Shown piece by piece: positions 26,896-40,924 of a DNA stretch of 64,000 nt. This DNA comes from Octopus sinensis (taxonomy: Eukaryota): contig NC_043019.1 of NCBI RefSeq assembly GCF_006345805.1, forward strand, positions 21,079,360 through 21,143,359, in the 5' to 3' direction. Position numbers and translations under genes: made by a program. Below the pieces are notes generated by a model that saw only the letters and a program-made list of their open reading frames with translations, was not told where the DNA came from and searched no databases. Positions within the stretch are counted from its first letter, which is position 1, and every line of letters starts with the position of its first letter.

Positions 26896-28559
26896 ATTTC
26901 AAGCTCTTTACAATTATGATTTAATTGTTCTTTCTTTCCTTTTTATTTTTGCATTCTAAACTCCTTGACTATTTTTCGGGGGCTAAAGGTATCTATAGCA
27001 TTTTTTAAAAACATTTTTGGTACATCTGTGTTTCACTGTAACATTGTTGTAAATACTTTTATTCATATCCATTCTTTTAAAAAATTTCTTCACATTAATA
27101 TTCTATGTTGTTATTCAGAAGATATTATCCAAGCTCCACTTTACTGTATACACACATTCTCACATGCACATTGCAGTTCACCTTTTGGTCATCGCAGCTT
27201 AACTATCACCAGTGTCAATGTTTTTAGTCAAATGTTGTCAGCAATTCACTTTTCACTCCAATCTAAATGCAAGCTCTCTCACTCTACAGTATGGAAATGT
27301 TGCATTCTTTAAAAATCTTGCTCTAATGTGCAATTCTTTAATGGAAACTTGTTTCCCCAAGAGCTTTTATATTGCATGAAACCAATGAGGAAATAAGTTT
27401 TGCATTACAAAATTCCATGTTATGGCATAAATTCCAGGAATGCAACAATTTCGTAGCATTGAGGTGTTTGTCTTGTAGTTTCACTTTCCCTTTTAAAAAA
27501 TCAATATTTCACCAATAAGTACTTTTTTTAGGTTTTGATGGTGATATTTTACTGGTTGATTTACACTTTTGAAGGTCTGTGGATTGAAAAAAATCCCTTA
27601 CTTGGAAATTGGTGCCCCTTTCAATATTACCTTGATAAAACAGGTGATTAACTCTTGTTGCTTTTTTCAAATAATACAAGTCTTGCCAACACAGACCGTC
27701 ACCAATCTCCTTGGATTTATCTGATATATTAATTTTTAACATTCTGTTAGAAGTTAGAAGTTAAGAACTATTAAGGGTTGGCAACAGAATGTGCATCTGA
27801 TCTTAAAATCTGGCTTCAAAATAAACTCTCATCCAGCCTATGGCTGTTTGGAAAACAGGTTTTATTTCTTAACATCCTGTTGAAAGTTTTTCTTAGTCAA
27901 AAATCCAGTTTTGTAAAGATTTTATCGTAGAAAAAAAAAAACAAAAAAAAAATGATAGAAAAATTAATTGAAGTTTTCTACTTTGTATGTTCTTCAAAAT
28001 GAATGTAAAGAAGGTTAGTACAATTCTTGCGATATCATGCATTTCAGGATTGACTAACCAATGCAGTCCCATGTCGTACTGTGTCTTACAGGAAGTTAAG
28101 AGTTAAACAGAATGTGCAAAAGAATTTTATGTTGTGGAGTTTCTAGTGACTAGGGTCTAGAAGAAGCACAATGAAACTTTGTGACACTTCATAGTACACA
28201 GCACTATAAAAGAAATAAATGAAATCTAAAGTTAAGTTTCTAGGTGTTCCTAAATGGTTAAAGCTATTCTTCCCACAATACCTTGTGCAGGCGATGTGTT
28301 GTGTTTTTGAGCAAAACATTTCATTTCACTTACTGCAGCCCACTCAGCTGGTAAAAGTGAGTAATCATGCAGTAGACTGGCATTGTGTCCAATGAAGAAT
28401 ATATATATATATTGCATAGCAAGTACATCTGAGATCGTGTGCTGGAATGAAAACAATTGCAGTGTGGAAGGTGTTTATAATACAAAAACCGTTAGATTCA
28501 CTTCAACATTTAAATTTAATTTGTCAAAATATTTTTGTCGCTGCATCTCATATATATAT

Positions 28560-28868
28560 ATCACGTGATCACGTGACCGACCAGACCATCAGATGTTGCT
28601 ACACATCGCTGGTCACAATGCGCTTCGCATTGTTTTAGCCTTCGAACGACGCCACCCCGCTGGCTAAGCGAGCAGGCCAACAGACGAAAGAGTGAGAGAA
28701 AGAGTGGCAAAGGAGTACAGCAGGGATCACCACCCCCTGCCGGAGCCTCGTGGAGCTTTTAGGTGTTTTCGCTCAATAAACACACACAACGCCCGGTCTG
28801 GGAATCGAAACCGCGATCCTACGACCGCGAGTCCGCTGCCCTAACCACTGAGCCATTGCACCTCCACA
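28560..28868 (-). mobile_element. SINE family 5, full length, inside (TA)n
   Basis: Minus-strand head TGGCTCAGTGG...GTTTCGATTCCC; CpG-rich, so probably young; TA repeats on both sides. Confidence 0.85.
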
Positions 28869-30741
28869 TATATATATATATAATATGACGGAGAAACCAG
28901 GAAACTGGCTCTATGCTCCTTACAGCATAATGTGGACTAACCAGTCTGATGCAATCATTCAGACAATGTCTCCTGTTTTAGAACCCCTTCCTTCTTCCCT
29001 CCCGGCTTGGAGGCCCTGTAAAGAGTCATGGACACAACCACCATTCCCTCTTGATTAAGAGATTAAAAGAAAAAAAAGCAATGACAACAAATCGAGTTAC
29101 TTGGTAAACAAGTGCAACTCCAAGCAAGCTACTTGATTGTATTCAGTAAATGTATAATGTAAACAAAACCTGCCATGTTTTTAAGTCCAGAATAAAGTCA
29201 CTTGGTAAACGAGTGCAGCTCTTTGGAGTGAGTTTGATTATGTTCAGTAAAATGTACGATGAAAGTGAAACCTACTATTACCATACCATGAGTGCATGAT
29301 ACTGATATGTATAATTGTTACAAGTTTTGTTTGTTAACGGAGACTTCAGTTGGTGTGGTGAAGTATTTAGTTCTACAGAACACCGAGTGCTTCCCACCCA
29401 AAATATGAGAAACTTAATGTTAGTATATGAAAACATATTTAAACTTTCACTGTACAGGAATTTCACTCAGGAATGTGTTTGGCTACCAAATTATGTCAAT
29501 GTTGACCTTTTTTTTTTTATATTACATCAGATATGGTGTAGCCTGTTGTGTTTTGTTATGGAAATTTGTAAACAACTACACAGACTTTATAGAAATCTTA
29601 TGTTGTTAAGCACTTGACTCAAAGATATTAGGGGTCATTTATTCCAAATGCATTTAGGTTTTATAAACCTTCTGAACACTGATGCCCCTATTTTAATATT
29701 GAAGTACAGACATGGCTATAAAGGAAGATGCTTGCTTCCCAACCACATTGTTCCAGGTTCAATGGAAGAACATTGTAGAAAATGAAGGAGATTATATATT
29801 TTAGATTAAAAAAGAACTTTATCTTAATTTTGAAAAATAAAAGAAGTTTAAAAAAAAAGCAGCATTATTTATGAGATGACCCAATATCTTTGATTCTTTT
29901 ATATCATGCATCAACACTGCTGTTCATTTGCTAGTACAGCATGGTAGATTGCCTTTGACAGTCTATCCCCGTCAGGCAGTCTGACATTTCCACCCCAACA
30001 CAGATGGATTTGCTCAAGTATGACAAACTTTAGGATTTCTCTATTGGGAATTTTACCCTGATGTTTAGATTTTTCTTATGCAAGACGTGTGGAAATAGTT
30101 AAATCTTTTAGCAAGGGACTGGTATGCTGCCCAAGTTTCCATGTCATAGAGGATAGCTGGAATGATGACAGTTTTGTAAAATTTAATTCTGGTATCTATG
30201 CAAATACCTGGGCTGTGCCACAGTCAATACCATGTGTGTTTGTGTGTATTTTGCCACTGTATATCAGTGGTGATTATAAAACATTGGTAAGACAAAAAAA
30301 AAATTAAAAAAAATTGAGTGCTTTACAGCTAAAGTCCTTTGGGATATTTGTTCTGCTATAAAATACAGACTCTCCCTTATCACTATTGATATCAGATATG
30401 CAGTGAAGCAGTGATTGGCCCATTGCAAATCTGTAGCAATCAGCACTGTTGTTACATCAATTTTGATATGAAATTAATGAATAATTAATAAAAAGATCCT
30501 ACATAAAGTGAAAGGAATTTATATGAGGAAGACAAAAGGAAGGCAATATTCACTGTGACTTCATTCAAAGATATGTAGAAGAGCCTCAGTTAACAACTTC
30601 TTCCAACCAATCAAAGAGCTGAGAACTTAGTACGTCATCAACAACACCAATTCATAAATCATCATCATCATTGGTGTAGTCTCATATGCTCTGTGTCTGT
30701 CTGTCTGTCTCTGTCTCTTTGTCTCTCTCTCCATACATTCA

Positions 30742-30917
30742 TAGGTGCAAGTGTGGCTGTGTGTTAAGAAATTTGCTTCCCAACCACATGGTCCTGGGTT
30801 CAGTCCCACTGTGTGACACCATGGGCAAGTGTCTTCTACCATGGCTTCAGGCTAACCAAAGCCTTGTGAGGGAATTCGATAAACAGAAACTGAAAGAAGC
30901 TCATTGTATCATTGTAA

Positions 30918-30978
<61 letters not shown>

Positions 30979-31189
30979 CTTTGTGTCTGTGTTTGTCCTT
31001 CACCACTACTTGACAACCAGTGTTGGTGTGTTTATGTTCTCATCACTCAGTGGTTTGGCAAAAGAGACCAATAGAATAAGAACCAGGCTTTAAAAAAATA
31101 AGTACTGGGATTGTTCCATTTGACTAAAACTCTTCAAGGCCCTAGCAAGGGCACAGTTTAACGACTGAAACAAATGAAAGATAAAAGAG
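30742..31189 (+). mobile_element. SINE family 1, older copy with internal (GT)n
   Basis: Diverged full-length match. Confidence 0.8.
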
Positions 31190-31530
31190 CATCTAAAAAT
31201 CCCTAAATCAGCTGCCATATTTTTCTCAATACCTGCTATCCGTAAAGAGTGCATGGTATTATTGCTTAACTGTGCTGCTATTTAACGTCCGGTTTTAATA
31301 TCCAGTGTTAAACTGCTTGTTAGATTGACTCTAATGGATCTGTAACACTTTATAATTTGATTAATGAATGTGTGTGTGTGTGTGGGTGTGTGTGCGTCAT
31401 TGAATGAATCCTGAAGTCCCAGTCAAGAAGAATTTTACAGTATCAAGGCCTTTCCCCTCCATCAGTAAATGTCTCATTGTTATTCTTAAACTGGTTTAAA
31501 ATAACAGCCTTCTGTTTACATTTATACATA

Positions 31531-31878
31531 AAGGTAAAGGGTAAAGACCCCCTTCGGTCATGAGTGACCATGGGTTTGCACCTAGAGAGTTACCCTCTGA
31601 GGCACAAGTCTGGGCAAGGTTGTTTTATGGAAGACCAGTAGTCGCCCATGCATACCGGCCTCCCCTCTCCACGCCACCAGTGATATCCAAGGGAAAGACA
31701 AAGGTCGATACAGCTTGGCACCTGTGACGTCGCAACTCATTTCTACAGCTGAGTGAACTGGAGCAACGTGAAATAAAGTGTCTTGCTCAAGAACACAACA
31801 CGCAGCCCGGTCCGGGATTCGAGCTCACAACCTCACGATCGTAAGCTCGACGCTCTAACCACTGAGCCATGCGCCTTC
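31531..31878 (-). mobile_element. SINE family 4, young full-length copy with ACCTTT-type tail
   Basis: tRNA-like head TGGCTCAGTGG...GCTCGAATCCC and core TGTGTTCTTGAGCAAGACACTT. 13-bp TSD ACATTTATACATA at 31518-31530 and 31879-31891. Confidence 0.88.
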
Positions 31879-32106
31879 ACATTTATACATACACACACAT
31901 ATATACTGTAAAATTTATACAGGTTAACTAATTGTTCATCAACGAACTCTTGAGTTTCTCAGGAAAAAAATGCTGTTGTTTATAAACATTCCTATCTATT
32001 GGCTAACAGTCAGCTTATAATGTATGTTACGTATTCCATACCTTACCTTGTATTGAGTGCTCTAAATACATATATATTATATTACATAATATATATATAT
32101 ATATTA

Positions 32107-32333
32107 TACTCTTTTACTCTTTTTACTTGTTTCAGTCATTTGACTGCGGCCATGCTGGAGCACCGCCTTTAGTCGAGCAAATCGACCCCGGGACTTATTC
32201 TTTGTAAGCCCAGTACTTATTCTATCAGTCTCTTTTGCCGAACCGCTAAGTTATGGGGACGTAAACACACCAGCATCGGTTGTCAAGCAATGCTAGGGGA
32301 ACAAACACAGACACACAAACATATTCACACACA

Positions 32334-32377
<44 letters not shown>

Positions 32378-32543
32378 TACGACAGGCTTCTTTCAGTTTC
32401 CGTCTACCGAATCCACTCACAAGGCATTGGTCGGCCCGGGGCTATAGCAGAAGACACGTGCCCAAGATGCCACGCAGTGGGACTGAACCCGGAACCATGT
32501 GGTTGGTTAGCAAGCTACTTACCAAACAGCCACTCCTGCGCCT
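32107..32543 (-). mobile_element. SINE family 1
   Basis: Near-consensus full-length match. Confidence 0.88.
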
Positions 32544-33168
32544 ATTATGTAGATATTATATTTTATATATAATATTATACACACATGTAACTGAGAAGGC
32601 CCAATGAGGAAGGGGGAGAATTCTATTCAGAAAACTTTCGACACACAACTTAAGGTCAATATTTACTTAATTCTGTCCAATCTGTAATTAAACCTGACCT
32701 TTGTTTAACAGGTTGCCAATGAGTTTGTTTATCTTCAACTCTTCCCCCCCCCCGCTTCCATCTTCTTATCAACACACCAATGCCAACAAGAGAGAGAAAC
32801 TGCAGATTCTTGTAAGATAGTTCTATCAAAATACTTTCTCTATGGAGCAGCAGCAACTTTCTGTTTAGTTTAAGTATTTTCTTTCTCTATTTCCTCTCTC
32901 TCTCTCTCTCTCCCTATATCCTCTGTTGCCTCTCCCTCTATCTCTCCTCCTTTCTGTCACCCATGTCTCTCTCAACTCTCTCCTCTTCCCCTCTGACTCC
33001 CCCCTCTCTCTGTCTTTCCCACTCTTTGTTTCTTTTCCCATGTCTTCCTCTGTCCCTCTCTCTTCTACCTCCCCCTCTCTCTCTGTCTGTCTGTCTATCT
33101 CTCTCTCTGTCTCTTTCTCTCTCTCTCTCTCTCTCTTTATATATATATATATATAGATAGATAGATAG

Positions 33169-33207
<39 letters not shown>

Positions 33208-33771
33208 TGTGTGTGTGTATAGTAAATACTTGTTTCTCATTTCGCATATGAAATCCTTTCTGGTTCTTCCACGAATACCTACTATTTTTCTGTTAGCTAG
33301 ACCCATTTCTAATAAACCAGGTAAATCTATTCTCCATTAAATGTTATTTAATGTACAGGAGGGTGATAGAAATGTTGGTTCATTGATCAACATGTCTTGC
33401 AGTGTTTCTTCTGTGTTTCCTTTACATTCTGAGCCCAAACAACAGTGAAGTCACCTTGCCTTTCTTCAGGGTCAATAAAATACTGTTCCAGTAATGGGGT
33501 TGATGGTATTGACTTATATCATCTTCATCTCAGAACAGTGGAGATTGGTTATGTAACTTTACATTCTGTGTTCAAATATTGCTGCTGAGGTCACCTTTGC
33601 CTTTCATTCCCCCAGGGATGAATAAAATGAAGTACCTTTTCAGTATTCAGATTGATGGGATCAGCTAATCCTCCTCTCCCTCAAAATGTCAGGATTGGTC
33701 ATATCTTCATATATAAATATAACAAGACACTCCATCTTGATCTGATGTTTGGGATGATAAATAACCCTCAT

Positions 33772-34011
33772 CTCTTTACTCTTTACTCTTTTATTTGTTT
33801 CAGTCATTTGACTGCGGCCATGCTGGGGCACCGCCTTTAGTCGAGCAACTCGACCCGGGACTTATTCTTTTTGTAAGCCCAGTACTTATTCTATCGGTCT
33901 CTTTTTGCCGAACCGCTAAGTGACGGGGACGTAAACACACCAGCATCGGTTGTCAAGCAATGCTAGGGGAACAAACACGGACACACAAACACACACACAT
34001 ACATATATATA

Positions 34012-34052
<41 letters not shown>

Positions 34053-34220
34053 TATACGACAGGCTTCTTTCAGTTTCCGTCTACCAAATCCAATCACAAG
34101 GCATTGGTCGGCCCGGGGCTATAGCAGAAGACACTTGCCCAAGATGCCACGCAGTGGGACTGAACCCAGGACCATGTGGTTGGTTAGCAAGCTACTTACC
34201 ACACAGCCACTCCTGCGCCT
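33772..34220 (-). mobile_element. SINE family 1
   Basis: Near-consensus full-length match. Confidence 0.88.
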
Positions 34221-34788
34221 CATCTGTTAATTATGAATCAAAATTAACTATGATTTTTCAATATGAAATTATATTTGGCATAGCATGGAATGAGTTTGAG
34301 ATGGGAAGTAAGATTCCATAGACAGGATTCTAACTATAATATACACACAGGTGTACACAAACACACACAATATGCACAAGTTATTATTTATAGCTTTGTT
34401 TGCTTCAAGATACTCTGTTTCAAAAAAGAATTAACATTATCTTGAAAGTATAAATTCTGATGACATCACTGATAATGTGTTGTGTATCTTGCGTGTACAG
34501 TTAAATGTACTTTATCCCTGTAACATAATGCAATAAAGTGTTTCCCTGGGTGGTCTGTTGTGGTTCAGCATCCAATTGCACTTGGAACATCCAATGCAGG
34601 GATTTCAAATAACCACAGTGGTGAAACGTATATAGGGAACAAATAATAGAAACTTGTGTTTATCATAATTTCTCTGATACACACATATGCTTGTTTATAG
34701 ATTTTTTTTTTTTTTGTTGATATTGGTGTGTAAAATATAAAAGTGATAAGATATCTGTTGAGAAGTAAAAAGTTTATTATATAAGTTA

Positions 34789-35015
34789 CGAGCTGGCAGA
34801 CACGTTAGTGTGCCGGGCGAAATGCCTAGCGGTATTTCGTCTGTCGTTACGTTCTGAGTTCAAATTCCGCCGTAGTTGACTTTGCCTTTCATCCTTTCGG
34901 GGGCCGATAAATAAAGTATCAGTTTCGCACTGGGGTCGATGTAATCGACTTAATCCCTTTGTCTGTCCTTGTTTGTCCCCTCTATGTTTAGCCCCTTGTG
35001 GACAATAAAGAAATA
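34789..35015 (+). mobile_element. SINE family 2, young copy (Meta/MESC-like core)
   Basis: GAGCTGGCAGA...GAGTTCAAATTCC head and GACTTTGCCTTTCATCCTTTCGGGG core. 11-bp TSD TATATAAGTTA at 34778-34788 and 35016-35026. Confidence 0.88.
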
Positions 35016-36648
35016 TATATAAGTTAACATTTTGATTCTACTGTGTGTAGCAAAAATCAACTGTTGTTTTATTTTATTAGCTCTCTGTTTTGTTTTGTGA
35101 AGTTTCAAAGAAAATATAAAATCATTTCACAAATATGGAGTGAAATCATGTAGCCTGGTGGTTAGGGTTTTGGGCTCTTGATCATAACGTCATGGGTTCA
35201 ATTCCTTGAGCAAGACACTTCATTTGATGCTGCTTCAGTCTACTCAGATGAAAGTAAGTACCTGCCTAGTGTTGCTACAATAACTCTCTCCTTCCAGCTT
35301 TCATATCCTTGGATGTTCTGCTGGGCTAAGTTATCGTTAGTATCTGCTTATGAATACACAGGCACCTAAAACAACTAGTGAAGGCATGGTACATGTTAAT
35401 GTTACCAAGTCACTCTCACTTGCAAGTTATAGCTGTGGTTCTTCACAAATCAAGTAGAACTCTCAATTTCGTGTCATGCTAATGGTACCTGAAACCACTT
35501 CATATGTCAGTGTCTGTGCGTGTTTTGCTGCGAATGCTGAGAAGGTGTGTGTTGATTGTATTATGAAATCTGTCTAATTGTCTTCCTGAAACATGTGTAT
35601 GTTTTATAGAACTTAAAACAACAATTATGTTTTCTATGTTTATTAAAATTTAAATGGTTTTCAAAGGATTTCTTTAAAAAGTAAAATGTTTCTAAAACAG
35701 TAAGTGGGAGATAGTTTTTTTCTTAAATTTAATTAAATTTTTTTTTTTTTAATGCTAACCCAAATTCAGGTCTTTCTTTTTTTAAAGAAATGTTAATTTT
35801 CCATTTACCGTTGCAATAAACTCCCCAAGTTTATTATATAAGTTAACACTTCGATTCTACTATGTGTAGCAAAAATCAACTGACAAATGTATTTCACAGC
35901 ATTTTGTTGCATTTTACCCTAACCATATTCACCTGTTGTCACATAGGCCGCATGCATAAGAAAATGAACAGAGTTGCTACAGGTGTGTATAAAGACAATT
36001 TCTATGGTATAAGCTATCTTGCTTGGCTATATAATTTCAGTTACATTTGTTACTTTTATTTATTTTTTTTTTACAATTGTTATTATCATTTGCTTAAATA
36101 TTTTATTTTTTTAACGTATGTTTATATTTTCATTTTTTTACGTTTTTTTTTTTTTTAGCTTTTAAATTTCATTTTAATTTATAATCAAATTCTTATTTAG
36201 CCTATTTCTTCTATAGCTTTCGGGTGGCAGTATTTTAGTTTTACAGCTTCGGTGCCTCGACCTAAATCATGCTTTTTCTCTCCCCGTTTGATTTGCAGTT
36301 TTATTATTATTATTATCATTATTATTTTCATTTTTTATTTTAAACCTTTTTTTTTTTTTGTTGTTGCAAATTATGTTATATTTAAAAAAAAAAAATGTCT
36401 TGAAATTAAAATTTATTTTGACTTATTGGTGGAAGTTTGAGCTTGATCCTTTTGCACATGACTTTTTTTTTTTTCTGTAATATTTCCTTGCATCTAAAAT
36501 CTCCCCTTCTGCCACAAACCACCACCATATATCCCGGAAATGTATGTAGCTTAGATTACACACCATTCTTGTTTTGTATTGGCCATTTCTTTTGGTGCTT
36601 TCGTTGTAACTATATCACAACAGTCTTATTCCAACTATGACACTGTTG

Positions 36649-39600
36649 TTATTTCCTGTGTGAAAATGCTGCAAATCTGTTGCGTTCAATTTGTAGAGCA
36701 AGTGGGTTTATTTTATTCTCTATTTCAGTTGAATCTGAAACTAAGAAGAAACATTTTAAGTTTTACCATCTTGCAGCAATATCAGTTACTAGATTTCTAT
36801 GTTGGTTTTCACTGGGGGGAAAAAAAAAAAATGAAAAGCAAAAACATGATGATAATATTAATAATACTAAAAAGTTCATGTGACATATGTAGCATATATT
36901 GAAATAGTATTTGTTACACAATAAAGGCATTTATTTGTAAAACAACAAAATTGAATGTTTTACCAATAACAGACGAAGAGTAAGCTTGCTGGTATCTGGA
37001 AACCTAAATGTTTTATTTTCAAACAATTTTTGTGAAGCAGTTACAGTATGGAAGATTCATATTAGCCCTTCAAAAGCACCTAAAACAATTGCTAACTTCC
37101 CTTAATCACTTTTTTGTTTGGTGTCAAGATTTTCATCCAACTGTTTGTGACATGGCAACAAGTTTGAAACAAGGCTATCAACCTATATTTAGAGACCTCA
37201 CAGTTTTTAATATAGTTTCTTTTTCACTCATCAGGTCAGACATTCTGGTTGTCCTCACCTGGCGCTCATTGTTGATGATGACTGCAAAAGTGACTGACCT
37301 ATCTAGGTATTTACTTAAACCTAAGTCTATCATGAACCCTAGAACTTAGCAGACTAAAGCTTAATCTGGTTTCCATGGTGACCGAGATTTACAGCACTCT
37401 TCTCTGAACTGGTATGTCAATCCATTGCAGGGTCAACTGCCCAGCTACTACTGGAACTCATTTATAGCCAAATGGACGTGTGGCAATCAAAACCACAATT
37501 ATACAACCACAGTGCAATACCCTAACTTCTAGGTCATGTACCTTCATGACCTGTATATGTGAGAGAGAAAAATTATATTTAAAACCCTGAGGCCTATATA
37601 CAGGCCAACAGCTATGTTCCAAACCTTTTGCAGTGGTACTGTCAGTGACCAGGTTGCAAATAGTGTGATGAAAATTTTGACGCCAAATAATAAATGCTTG
37701 ATTGAAGTTAAGAGTTTTTGTGTGGTTTTGAATGTATCTTCTAAACTGTAATTGTTACAGTTTCAATACATGGTCCCAAATCAAATCACTTGCCTGACAA
37801 GTACATCTCCAAATTTTTCATGTAATTGTGTTTTTTAGAGGGGGAGGGGGACATGGTACAAAGGGGAAAAAAATAACTAAAAATGAAAAAAAAGGATAAA
37901 GGAAGCACTCAAGTCTTCAACCAACAATTTTTAGATACAATGAGGTGAAAGTGAAAGTTTGTCAAAAGATACCTCCCCATTCAACATAAAAATTACTTAT
38001 ATGACTTACGATGGCCTCATGATTTTTATATCATTGCTTGCTTACAGAAGCTCTTTTGGATTGGGAAATTATGCGCCGCCCCTTGGAAGGTTTATTGCAG
38101 ACTTTTATCATCGCTTGCTTTGCGTTGATGCATACTGCTTTTGGCTTTTCATTTCCGAAGTTATTTTTCTTTCTCCTTTTGGAATTTGGAGATACTTTTT
38201 ACCTCGTATCCTTGGTTCTAGCTGCCTGAAGTTAACATTGTACAACACACACACATATACAAACACACAGATTCACTCATATATGCACACACACACACAT
38301 AACACATAACACACACACACACACACAATCTCTCTCAGTTTAGAATTGGTTATTTTATATTTGTTAAATTCTGTTGTTAATATTTCCACTTAATCCCAAA
38401 ATTTATCTTTCCTGTTGTTTTATTTATTTATTTATTTATTTTGCTTTCCCCTTTTCTTAAAAGATTATTTTCACTGTATTTAAATACTATTTTATGTCCA
38501 TCCATTTGTTAAGTCTGGGTAGGATAGGTTATTGATTCTTCAAATTTGTAACAAATATGTGGAATTAAGTAGGTTTTTGCCCTTAATCTTTTTATTACCA
38601 TAATTATGTCAAAATGCACTAATCAATTTTGAGATTAATGAAGAATTTAATTAAATAACTTGGTCATTATTAAGCTGGAGTTTGGAACATAAATTAACAT
38701 GAACAATTAAAGTTTGATGGAAGATCGCCTTAAAATCAGAAGTTTGTATCATAGTACTAGGTGACAAAGTTCTGTATTGAGCAGCTGGGTATCAAAAGGG
38801 TTAATCCACTGCTAACTGCTCAAGTGTGAAGTAGATAGGAAGCATAATGTCTTTACCTTTAAAATAGTCCTCCTTTACATAGCTTCTATTGAAAGAACTC
38901 CATAATTTGGTGAGTGTGTAGTAGTAGTAGTAGTAGCTGTCTGTTGCCCTAGCTTACATTATGTACCAAATCTTTTCTTGCTATTCAAATATATAAACCA
39001 TACTTGATGTTCTTCTTTGCATTGTAATTCTCTAAAGATGCGGAAAATATGTCCCTCTATTTTTTTGCTCTTTCAATTCTGAAGACTTGCCTTCCGCAGA
39101 GATTTGCTTCAATGCAACTATTCATTGCTTGGCTTGTGAAAAGCAAAATACACACATAAATAAATGTGTGGAATGTAATTAAATTACCATTGTCCCTCTT
39201 GGTCTTGTTTAGTGTTTTTTTTTTTAATTTTTAAACTAGTATTTAGTATTTTTAAACTGGTATAGTGAAACAGCAAGGAATTGAACCTGTATCAAGTGAC
39301 TAAGGTCTAATAGCTGTACATTGTTAAAAGAGCAGCTTAGAATTGCAGTGAGGCGGCGAGCTGACAGACACGTTAGCACGCCGGGCGAAATGCTTAGCAG
39401 TATTTCGTCTGTTGTTACGTTCTGAGTTCAAGTTCTGCCGAGGTCAACTTTGCTTTTCGTCCTTTCGGGGTCGATAAATAAAGTACCAGTTACGCACTGG
39501 GGGCGATATAATCGACTTAATCCCTTCGTCTGTCCTTGTTCGTCCCCTCTATGTTTAGCCCCTTGTGGGCATTAAAATATATATTCTAGATTGAAACAAA

Positions 39601-39880
39601 CAGAAATGTTTGTTCTAGTGGTACAACAGAAATGAGTGAAGAAATACAAAGAACTGCAATGGCACGTTCTAATACCACCCCAAAATCCATAAATTATACA
39701 AGTAAAGAACAGACAAATGAATATAATATCTGTTAATGGCTAACTGGCAAAGATGACTTCACCAAAATTTATTACCTTCATAGTTTCCTACAAAACCTTT
39801 TGGCAAACAAATTTCAAGAGAAGTGTCATTGATGATAGTCTTTTGCTAAAAACTGTTTATTGTCTTACATCTACTGCCAT
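36649..39880 (-). pseudogene. Candidate nested antisense multi-exon gene or pseudogene (putative exons 39869-39880, 39004-39132, 38010-38225, 36964-36995, 36649-36734)
   Basis: Purine-rich, CpG-retaining minus-strand blocks bounded by AG/GT sites. The last three splice in frame to MRPSYQQAYSSSVIDSTEIENKINPLALQIERNRFAAFSHRK*. Upstream blocks need frameshift or stop repairs. No family recognised. Confidence 0.35.
39352..39580 (+). mobile_element. SINE family 2, young copy
   Basis: Matches 34789-35015. Confidence 0.88.
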
Positions 39881-40888
39881 GAGGGAGAAAAAAAAAAGGT
39901 CTATTATTTGAAATTGAATTTCTGCAATTGGTTCCGATGAATACTGAATTTGGTACAAATATTACTTAGTGTCAAAATGTATTCAACCAATGGTTTAAAC
40001 TGCTTTCACTTTGTTCACACAAAGGAAGAATATGGTTTTATGTGATACCACACACTAGAAAAATAAGATGTGATGATGATGGCAGAGATGATGACAATAG
40101 AGATGATGGTGACAGTGATGATGAGGACAATGATAGAGGTGATGATGATGATGACTACAGTGATGGGATGGCAACAGTTGCCATTGTCATAGTACTGATG
40201 GTGCTAGGAACCATCTCAAGACATTGTGGTTGATTCCCCCCCCCCTTTTTTTTAGCCCCTGAGTTAAGTAATTGTTGCATGGAGTAGTTCCAACTGAGAA
40301 CAAAAAGTGACATACACACATATATACTCCCACACACATATACACTGAGTTCTCATGACACAGGAGATGACAATATCTTGATAATAATAATAATAATAAT
40401 AACAATAATAATAGAACCTATACATCTGCCATTGGTTTATTCACTGAAATAAACATCACATTTATTCTTTTGTCTTGGCAAAATTCTGAAATTTTGGAAA
40501 CAACAGACTTTGTCTAAAATATTAGTATTCTCGTCTCCCTACACCACACCAAAATTATCCAAATGTACCAACATTAACTAAATGTTTTTGTCTCTTTTTG
40601 TCCGCTGATGTAGAAAGTTTCTGCTGGTTTCTATGGCTTCTAGTATATTTTAGTCATTAAATATATCCCATGGCTCTGATTTACTAAATTTGCTTGATAT
40701 AAATATTATTGTTTATATACATTACTGGCTGCTGTTAGTTTTGTTACTGCTGTTGTAGTTCTAGGTCAGGCCTGACTCTGATAAAGCAGAACAATAATCA
40801 AAGAAGCATTCCAATCATGACCTTGCCATTTTAATATTCAGACTACAATATCAATATATAAAAAATCTTGCACAACAAATATTTAAAC

Positions 40889-40924
<36 letters not shown>

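Noticed and set aside
26965-27745. Complex unique-looking stretch with short ORFs, possibly a decayed DNA-transposase frame on the minus strand
   Set aside because: It has multiple stops and no motif I can assign with confidence.
31800-31878. tRNA-like sequences (also 28790-28868, 12917-12995, 62932-63000)
   Set aside because: They have A/B boxes but no complete cloverleaf or acceptor stem and are joined to repeat bodies, so they are SINE heads, not tRNA genes.
38071-38229. + strand MRRPLEGLLQTFIIACFALMHTAFG as a possible LRP1 signal-peptide exon
   Set aside because: There is no suitable phase-1 GT donor after the hydrophobic stretch and the frame runs to a stop. The hydrophobicity is explained as the antisense of an A-rich minus-strand block.
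40060-40200. Asp-rich ORF
   Set aside because: It is a degenerate (GAT)n trinucleotide repeat without splice support.
40255-40330. About 60-bp similarity to 43597-43660; also short tandem duplications at 4778-4905 and 29095-29275
   Set aside because: Short, diverged local duplications with no functional hallmark.
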